Made by a program: the position numbers and the translations under genes. A stretch of DNA of 64,000 nt from Eledone cirrhosa. Taxonomy: Eukaryota. Under the pieces are notes generated by a model. That model searched no databases, had not been told where the DNA came from, and was given only the letters and a program-made list of their open reading frames with translations. The stretch lies in assembly GCA_964016885.1 (NCBI GenBank), contig OZ024760.1, positions 26,040,001-26,104,000 on the forward strand. The letters are read 5' to 3'. How positions within the stretch are numbered: the stretch's first letter is position 1; the number at the start of each line of letters is the position of its first letter. Positions 54,611 to 64,000 of this stretch are shown here, one piece after another.

Positions 54611-57020
54611 ATTGGACATCACTGATAGGAAAGATACGCCCCACCATTGGACATTACTGATAGGAAAGATACGCCCCACCATTGGACATTACTGATAGGA
54701 AAGATACGCCCCACCATTGGACATTACTGATAGGAAAGATACGCCCCACCATTGGACATTACTGATAGGAAAGATACGCCCCACCATTGGACATTACAGA
54801 TAGAAAAGAGACCCCACCATTGGACATTACAGATAGGAAAGATACGCCCCACCATTGGACATTACTGATAGGAAAGATACGCCCCACCATTGGACATTAC
54901 AGATAGGAAAGATACGCCCCACCATTGGACATTACTGATAGGAAAGATACGCCCCACCATTGGACATTACTGATAGGAAAGATACGCCCCGCCATTGGAC
55001 ATTACTGATAGGAAAGATACGCCCCACCATTGGACATTACAGATAGGAAAGATACGCCCCACCATTGGACATTACTGATAGGAAAGATACGCCCCACCAT
55101 TGGACATTACTGATAGGAAAGATACGCCCCGCCATTGGACATTACTGATAGGAAAGATACGCCCCACCATTGGACATTACAGATAGGAAAGATACGCCCC
55201 ACCATTGGACATTACTGATAGGAAAGATACGCCCCACCATTGGACATTACTGATAGGAAAGATACGCCCCGCCATTGGACATTACTGATAGGAAAGATAC
55301 GCCCCACCATTGGACATTACAGATAGGAAAGATACGCCCCACCATTGGACATTACTGATAGGAAAGATACGCCCCACCATTGGACATTACTGATAGGAAA
55401 GATACGCCCCGCCATTGGACATTACTGATAGGAAAGATACGCCCCACCATTGGACATTACAGATAGGAAAGATACGCCCCACCATTGGACATTACTGATA
55501 GGAAAGATACGCCCCACCATTGGACATTACTGATAGGAAAGATACGCCCCGCCATTGGACATTACTGATAGGAAAGATACGCCCCACCATTGGACATTAC
55601 TGATAGGAAAGATACGCCCCACCATTGGACATTACTGATAGGAAAGATACGCCCCACCATTGGACATTACTGATAGGAAAGATACGCCCCACCATTGGAC
55701 ATTACTGATAGGAAAGATACGCCCCACCATTGGACATTACTGATAGGAAAGATACGCCCCACCATTGGACATTACTGATAGGAAAGATACGCCCCGCCAT
55801 TGGACATTACTGATAGGAAAGATACGCCCCACCATTGGACATTACAGATAGAAAAGAGACCCCACCATTGGACATTACAGATAGGAAAGATACGCCCCAC
55901 CATTGGACATTACTGATAGGAAAGATACGCCCCACCATTGGACATTACAGATAGGAAAGATACGCCCCACCATTGGACATTACAGATAGGAAAGATACGC
56001 CCCACCATTGGACATTACTGATAGGAAAGATACGCCCCACCATTGGACATTACTGATAGGAAAGATACGCCCCGCCATTGGACATTACAGATAGGAAAGA
56101 TACGCCCCACCATTGGACATTACTGATAGGAAAGATACGCCCCGCCATTGTACATTACTGATAGGAAAGATACGCCCCACCATTGGACATTACTGATAGG
56201 AAAGATACGCCCCACCATTGGACATTACAGATAGGAAAGATACGCCCCACCATTGGACATTACTGATAGGAAAGATACGCCCCGCCATTGTACATTACTG
56301 ATAGGAAAGATACGCCCCACCATTGGACATTACTGATAGGAAAGATACGCCCCACCATTGGACATTACTGATAGGAAAGATACGCCCCACCATTGGACAT
56401 TACTGATAGGAAAGATACGCCCCGCCATTGTACATTACTGATAGGAAAGATACGCCCCACCATTGGACATTACTGATAGGAAAGATACGCCCCGCCATTG
56501 GACATTACTGATAGGAAAGATACGCCCCACCATTGGACATTACTGATAGGAAAGATACGCCCCACCATTGGACATTACTGATAGGAAAGATACGCCCCAC
56601 CATTGGACATTACTGATAGGAAAGATACGCCCCACCATTGGACATTACTGATAGGAAAGATACGCCCCACCATTGGACATTACTGATAGGAAAGATACGC
56701 CCCGCCATTGTACATTACTGATAGGAAAGATACGCCCCACCATTGGACATTACTGATAGGAAAGATACGCCCCACCATTGGACATTACTGATAGGAAAGA
56801 TACGCCCCACCATTGGACATTACTGATAGGAAAGATACGCCCCACCATTGGACATTACTGATAGGAAAGATACGCCCCGCCATTGGACATCACTGATAGG
56901 AAAGATACGCCCCACCATTGGACATTACAGATAGAAAAGAGACCCCACCATTGGACATTACAGATAGAAAAAAGATACACTCCACCATTGGATATTACTG
57001 ATAGAAAAGACACCCCACCT
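54611..57020. repeat. 35-bp satellite, about 68 copies, next to a DUF885 exon acceptor
   Basis: Unit ccaccattggacattactgataggaaagatacgcc. Confidence 0.95.
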
Positions 57021-57762
57021 AAACATTGTGTGTGTGACAGCTCACACCTATGCAGGTTTAGCTGGCCTCCTCCAAGGTATATCTCGTTGAAGGTGTCTTG
57101 GGTAATTTAATGATAGGGACCCCAGTCCTATCATCTCATTTCTACAGCTGAGTAAACTGGAGCAACGTGAAATAAAGTGTCTTGCTCAAGGAAACAACAC
57201 ATCACCCGGTCCGAGAATTGAACTCACAACCTTTCGATTGCAAGCCCAATGCTCTAACCACTAAGCCATGCGCCTTCACATTGGACATTACAGATAAAAA
57301 ACATTACAGATAGAAAAAAGATACACCCCACCATTGGACATTACATTTACCAGTAACAAGCATTTACCCCCAAAAATTTCGTAAATTTTGTTACTGTTCC
57401 CTTATTCTCATTTAGCCCCCTGTTTTTTATGTTTTGTTATACAGGTTCATTGCATGGCTTAGTGGTTAGAGCATTTGGCTTGCAATCGAAAGGTTGTGAG
57501 TTCAATTCTCGGACCGGGTGATGTGTTGTTTCTTTGAGCAAGACACTTTATTTCACGTTGCTCCAGTTTACTCAGCGGTAGAAATGAGATGATAGGACTG
57601 GGGTCCCTATCATTAAATCACCCAAGACACCTCCAACGAGATATACCTTGGATGAGGCCAGCTAAACCTTCATAAGTGTGAGCTGTAACACACATATGTC
57701 CTTTGAATATAGTTTTTTTCTCGAAGCATATGTGGAATACCTTCTTAATACTCAAAATTCTA

Positions 57763-58246
57763 TACGAGAGTCGACTGAAAAGTTCATAAGCTGACCAAGA
57801 TACTCTCATGGAATGATCAAATGAGGTTTATTTTTCTACATAGTCCCTGGAAAGAAACAATACAATTATTGATAAGAAGAGTTGAAATTAATGCATGCAA
57901 GATTTCACAGCTCTAGCATCACTCCTTCATAGTCAGTCTATGACCAAGATACTCTCATGGAATGACCAAATGAGGTTTATTTTTCAACATAGTTCCTGGA
58001 AAGAAAGAATGCAGTTATTAATAAGAAGAGTTAAATTAATGCATGCAAGATTTCACAACTCTAGGATCACTCCTTCATAGGCTGACCAAGTTACTCTCAT
58101 GGAATGACCAAATGAGGTTTATTTTTCTACATAGTCCTTGGAAAGAAACAATGTAGTTATTAATCAGAGATGAAATTAATGCATGCAACATTTCACAGCC
58201 CCAGAATCACACCTTCAACATATGAACTTTTCAGCACACCCTCGTA
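57763..58246. mobile_element. Tc1/mariner-type MITE with internal tandem units
   Basis: TIRs TACGAG..ctgaaaagttcata and tatgaacttttcag..CTCGTA, with TA ends. Confidence 0.75.
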
Positions 58247-58416
58247 TCGTCCACTAAAATTTCCAATCACCCACCAATTTATATTCTGTGGCTCATTACC
58301 CACCCAAGACTTGAAATCGCCCGTCCAGATTGGGAAACCCTGGTGTATACAAACCCATAGGAACATCTAGTAATACAGAAACTCCTGGCAATAGAAAAAA
58401 TTGTACAGAAACTCAC

Positions 58417-58578
58417 AGATTTGAGACGTTTTTTAATCTTAGCCGCTTCGGAAAGTCCTAGTTTGTGCACTTCGTCGGCAGAGACGTCGCTGTCAAGATG
58501 CCACTTTAAGTAGCGCTGATATAAACCGCTACTCCAAGAGTTTACCGAAATATTCTTCCGTGTCGATGGTAGATATTC
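58417..58578 (-). CDS. DUF885-family protein exon (EYLPSTRKNISV...YQRYLKWHLDSDVSADEVHKLGLSEAAKIKKRLKS)
   Basis: ttgacag acceptor and gtgagt donor; 162 nt, phase 0; DUF885-like 'EIHELGL.E' motif. Confidence 0.9.
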
Positions 58579-58711
58579 CTGTCAATGGAAACCAGACGAA
58601 AGGATAATCGATGAAATGAAACGACAATGAGTGTATAAAGACATTTTTCCAATTCCAAGCCACCCGTCCACACAATTTATCTTATTTCTCATTCTTTCTT
58701 CTGATGAAGAA

Positions 58712-58751
<40 letters not shown>

Positions 58752-59481
58752 AATATAGGATCGATCTACTTTCGTCAAATCGGACCGAGGAAACAATGTT
58801 TCCGTCGGTCTTTCCAATTGTTAGTACTATCAATCGGTCGCAACTCCAGGTGGAAGGAGCAACGTGAAGTAAAGTGTCTTGCTCAAGGACATAACGCATC
58901 GCCCGGTCCAGCAATCGAACTCACAACCTCAAGATTGTGAATCCAATTCTCTTACCACTCAGTCACACGCCTTCACTGTATATATGAGGGCTGCAAACTC
59001 ACTTGTCAGATTATAGAGTTTGGTGCACTTTTAGGCTACAGCCAGTCACACGAACCTGTATCATATCTTGAACAAGCAATGCTTGTGGTTTGAAGGTTTT
59101 TTAAGTGGGGAAAGGCCTCGCACTCGACCAATCCAACTCTCCCGAAAAGGAGAACTGGTCAACATCATCGGTTGCTTCCTAAACCGCAGGTTTTTTTTTT
59201 CTTTTTTCAGAGTTTCCCTCTCCTAGAAAAGTGTTGTGACAACAACTGGGGACCTTCACGCCCAGGTGGGGGAAAAAAGTACTACTTGGATGGCCGTTGA
59301 CTCTGCTGAGTTCTTCCGTCCTGGGGGATGATATATATATATATATATATATATATAGTAATAATACTAAATGTGAAGACTAAAATCCAAAGAGGGCTCG
59401 ATAAGGATAAATATATATTAAATATAAAGAACCCTAGAGCAAATATTTATTAAAATAACAGATCCTTAACGGGATCTTCTG

Positions 59482-59532
59482 AGTTTCAGAAGATCCCGTT
59501 AAGGGTGAAAGCAGCGATTCTTTGCTTAAACT
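59482..59532 (+). ncRNA. Hammerhead-like motif, family C (core CAGAAGA), in a short fold-back
   Basis: Same motif as 5404-5454. Confidence 0.55.
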
Positions 59533-59543
59533 TAAATCTGTTA

Positions 59544-59629
<86 letters not shown>

Positions 59630-59630
<1 letters not shown>

Positions 59631-59950
59631 AAGAAGAGAAATAGGACGAAGGTAAACAATTACAAAAGAATTTAATCCACGTATTTACAATTGTTTCATC
59701 AGAATTTCAGTCCATTATTGCTACACTATGTTATAATAGGCAATCAAGAAAGATACTGTGGCATCCGAATTTTCAAAATACAAAGTTGGAACTTTGTATT
59801 TTGAAAATTCGGATGCCACAGTATCTTTCTTGATTGCCTATTATAACATAGTGTAGCAATAATGGACTGAAATTCTGATGAAACAATTGTAAATACGTGG
59901 ATTAAATTCTTTTGTAATCGTTTACCTTCGTCCTATTTCTCTTCTTTGAT
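59630..59950. repeat. Near-perfect palindrome carrying degenerate hammerhead arms
   Basis: Centre at about 59788; right arm reads GUAUU-UUGAAAA-UUCGGA...UCUGAU-GAAA-CAAUUG-UA^AAUAC. Confidence 0.8.
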
Positions 59951-60073
59951 TACACTCCTCGTTTGTTCGTGTTTCCACTACAGAATCCCTACCAACCTGT
60001 CGAGTCACCTTAACGTATGTTGAGAACTTTCCTCACAACTTGTTCTACCAAGCTTTGGAATACTCCTAATAAC

Positions 60074-60143
<70 letters not shown>

Positions 60144-60965
60144 TATTAGTAAAATATATATATATATGTATAAGTAATATAAAGGAATCGAAAATGCAAC
60201 TGGAGTCTTTTTAAGAATATTTATTTATTTCACAGTTCTTATGGTTTTCAAAAGTAGAATTGAGATGGAATGTTTGTGGTTTGTCTCGCATGTATATATT
60301 GTCATTATTTGGGAGGGTCATGCTGCCAATAAAAACACACGCACCTCTTGCTTTTCACTTCAATTTATTGTACATTTCCGGTTGGTTGGATGTTTGGTTC
60401 GATAAACGGATGCTTGTTTGCATATTGTCAAATGTCTTTCGTCACTGGAAATTTATAATAAATTGAAGTGAAAACCAACAGGTGCGTGTGTTTTTATTGT
60501 CAATTAGACCCTACCAAAGTATAGCAATATATGTTTCAACACACGTTTTCAGATAAGAAATGTTTCTCAACAAATTTAAAAACGAAGTATATATATATAT
60601 ATATATACTTTTTTATTTCCTCCTATCTATTTATCTCTTTCTTTTCTACATACATTTCTCTCTCTCTCCGATATTTCTCCAGGTTTTCTTTTTCTCTCTC
60701 TCCTTCTTTCTCTCTGCTTCTCTCTCTCCGTCTTTTTTTTTTCTTTCTTTCTCTCCGTCTTTTTCTAATTGTGCTTAACACTATAACTAATAAAATAATA
60801 AACATTTCACTATCCAGACAGCTTCCAAAAATAATTGTTTCTACTTTAGGAACAAGGCCAGCAATTATCGAGTGCATTACTGGTACTTTATTTTATCGAC
60901 CCCGTAAATAATGGTTGCATTTAATAGGGTACGTCAAAATTATTTATAAAACTGTTTATATATTG

Positions 60966-61030
60966 TATTTTGTCTGATGAAGGCATACCATATTTTAATT
61001 TGGTATCCCTGAAATATGTATAATGAAATA
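60966..61030 (+). ncRNA. Type I hammerhead ribozyme, family A (single arm)
   Basis: Intact core; the left arm is replaced by a SINE fragment. Confidence 0.82.
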
Positions 61031-61157
61031 AATATGGTTTTATAAATATACTTTCCATTTATTAATATCGTATATCTACTCCAAAAACTTGTCGAGTGAT
61101 TTATATCAGTTATAAAATATTTACTTGTTGTATCCCAACAATTTTAAATAGAACTTT

Positions 61158-61302
<145 letters not shown>

Positions 61303-61405
61303 GTAAAGCGAATTAAAGTTCATACTTGTGTTGGAATGTGTGTGACTTTGCAACTAGTTGTAAAAATTAATTCACGAATAGAAACGAGGAAAGCTCAATA
61401 CTCAC

Positions 61406-61487
61406 AGTTTTTAAAAATTCGACAAATTTTCCATAAGCATCCATCGCCTGCTCAATAGACTTATTTGCTTTCAACTCTAAATCCATT
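61406..61487 (-). CDS. DUF885-family protein exon (MDLELKANKSIEQAMDAYGKFVEFLKT)
   Basis: ttttagcag acceptor (NAGNAG) and ACT|gtgagt donor; joins in frame to EYLP, giving a DUF885-like 'AY.K..EFL..EYLP'. Confidence 0.8.
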
Positions 61488-61954
61488 CTGCTAAAATTGA
61501 ACGAGATACATTTAATTCTCTATGTATGTTCTCCTGGTTTTATAATTTTATAAATTTTTACCAATAGAGAGAGAGAGAGAGAGTCGGTTTCTAACATAGA
61601 TACAAGACTCTCTCATTGGAATTTACACAACATCAACTAGGTAGACATGTATGTCTGCATTCATGCATGTGTAGGTATGGATGCTATTGTATGTGTGGAT
61701 GTGTATGTTTTGAGTTGTATGTGTGCATGTGTTACTTGTACCTCTTGACCAGCATTGAACCCAAGGTCAAGATCTCCAACGTCTCTAGTACATACTGCTA
61801 GGCCACAGAGACAGCTACGAAAATATTGTTAAAATTCATACTTATAAATCTACTTTCGAAATTTTCAAAACAAAATGATGTGGTGTCGTATCTGTACATG
61901 TGTATATGCAGTTATTTAATGCAGAATTTTTGGAATGTTTTACATATTTTTACT

Positions 61955-62120
61955 ATTCCATTAATGGATTGTACTTGTAATTCCTAACTAGTCGTGTGCT
62001 TTCTGTTTCTGTGAAGCCCAGCTTCTCAAGATTTGTACCGAGCCAGTTACTAACATATCCCAGTTCCCCAATAATTACTGGTATAAATCTGAAGGTATAT
62101 TCAGGGTGGAGTATCTCATA
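61955..62120 (-). mobile_element. Possible REL-endonuclease C-terminal remnant of a non-LTR retrotransposon
   Basis: IPVIIGELGYVS...LEKLGF resembles the R4/NeSL-type C-terminus. Confidence 0.45.
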
Positions 62121-62914
62121 TATATATATATATATGAATAAGGTAATCCAAAACCATAGTAGATTCAAATATCACAGAGAGAAAGAGAAAAATGGGGAGA
62201 AATGAGGTGCAACAGAAGTGAAACATGGATTACAGGTAAAAACATATTCTAGATTGATGAGAAATAAAACGAGGATGTAGTTTATGGAACACCCAAATGA
62301 TTTAGAAGTCAACCTTTAGTAGGAGCAATAACATTAAGAAAGACATGAACGACACCACATCATTTTGTTTTGAAAATTTCGAAAGTAGGTTTATAAGTAT
62401 GAATTTTCACAAGATTTTCGTAGCTGTCTCTGTGGCCTAGCGGTAGGTACTAGAGACGGTGGAGATCTTGACTTTGGGTTCAATCCTGGTCAAGAGGTAC
62501 AAGTAACCTTTATCGGTTTTTATTTTGCAGCCCATAGAAAAACGTTGAAAAGGTTTAATAGGGACCCTATTCCCGACCAGGTTCGAACTTCAGACCAGGA
62601 TCACAATCCTCTATGATTCCTCCCACTACGCCACCGAGACATCTACAAAATTATAATGGAAATTGATAATTATAAATCTACTTTCAAAATCAAAGTTAAA
62701 AAGATGTGTTGTTATTGACTTTCCTAGAGCTATTATTAATATTTAGGGTCGACTTCTGATCATTATTGAAAGTCTCTGGATTTCGCAAGATACAAAATAA
62801 TTTATATTGAACAAGGTAAGATATTTTTTCGCAAAAATTTGATTGAACTGTTTTGTTTCCACTTATGATTTTTTTTTAAATGTTATTTATTCATTATAAA
62901 AAATTAAATGATAG

Positions 62915-63412
62915 CATTCTATATGTAGGTGGGCCCCCTTCATTCTATATGTAGGTGGGCCCCCTTCATTCTATATGTAGGTGGGCCCCCTTCATTCTAT
63001 ATGTAGGTGGGCCCCCTTCATTCTATATGTAGGTGGTCCCCCTTCATTCTATATGTAGGTGGGCCCCCTTCATTCTATATGTAGGTGGGCTCCCTTCATT
63101 CTATATGTAGGTGGCCCCCCTTCATTCTATATGTAGGTGGGCTCCCTTCATTCTATATGTAGGTGGTCCCCCTTCATTCTATATGTAGGTGGGCCCCCTT
63201 CATTCTATATGTAGGTGGGCCCCCTTCATTCTATATGTAGGTGGGCCCACTTCATTCTATATGTAGGTGGGCCCCCTTCATTCTATATGTAGGTGGGCTC
63301 CCTTCATTCTATATGTAGGTGGCCCCCCTTCATTCTATATGTAGGTGGGCTCCCTTCATTCTATATGTAGGTGGCACCCCTTCATTCTATATGTAGGTGG
63401 GCCTCCTTCATC
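62915..63412. repeat. 26-bp minisatellite, about 19 copies
   Basis: Unit cattctatatgtaggtgggccccctt. Confidence 0.95.
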
Positions 63413-63618
63413 TGGCAACCAATATTTTTAGAGCCAGTCCGCCACTGCTCATACATATATACATATATACATATATACATATATACATATATACATATAT
63501 ACATATATACATATATTAACCTTTATAATAAGAAATGTGTATATATGTAAAAACCTGAGCATATACGTCTGTTTTATGTACATATGTGTGCGTACCTTTG
63601 TGGGTCAATGCATATATA

Positions 63619-63695
<77 letters not shown>

Positions 63696-63713
63696 TTGAA
63701 GCCGAACAATTAC

Positions 63714-63808
63714 ATTTTGTACTTGGCCGTGTCAGGGTGTGTGTGTGAAGTGAACTCTGTACGTACATTATTGAATGCATAAGGTCCGAAGAATGTGTGT
63801 GTATATAT
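63714..63808 (-). CDS. Possible further upstream exon of the DUF885 gene ([31 protein letters not shown])
   Basis: Open frame ending AT|gtaatt in phase 2, matching the next exon. The acceptor lies in (TA)n without a pyrimidine tract, so support is weak. Confidence 0.3.
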
Positions 63809-63837
63809 CTATATATATATATATAGATATACATCTT

Positions 63838-63869
<32 letters not shown>

Positions 63870-63904
63870 ATATATATATATACACATTATATATATATAT
63901 ACAT

Positions 63905-64000
<96 letters not shown>

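Noticed and set aside
54611-57020. 35-bp repeat (and the 59-, 49- and 26-bp repeats) as CRISPR arrays
   Set aside because: The units are contiguous with no unique spacers, there are no cas genes, and the context is eukaryotic and intronic.

Overview
Eukaryotic, very AT- and microsatellite-rich genomic DNA. The SINE content and repeat landscape suggest an octopus or other cephalopod (inference). Two convergent intron-rich genes can be assembled by hand from GT-AG exons with matching phases. On + are the last four coding exons of an ACP6-like histidine acid phosphatase (1670-10018). On - are 11 (possibly 12) exons of a DUF885-family, zincin-like protein (HEANPGHH motif; 26135 to at least 61487). 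The rest is tRNA-derived SINEs, RTE and R4/Dong LINE fragments, mariner and piggyBac-type MITEs, TE-derived satellites and simple repeats. Most ORFs in the supplied track are microsatellite artefacts. The most striking unannotated signal is about 25 type-I hammerhead ribozyme (HHR) motifs (CUGANGA...GAAA...NUH with pairing stems I-III) from several distinct sequence families. Most sit as divergent pairs in (TA)n-flanked fold-back cassettes that look like Penelope-like-element (PLE) termini, and several lie in sense inside the DUF885 introns. A 59-bp satellite also multiplies a real splice donor of the DUF885 gene about 28 times.
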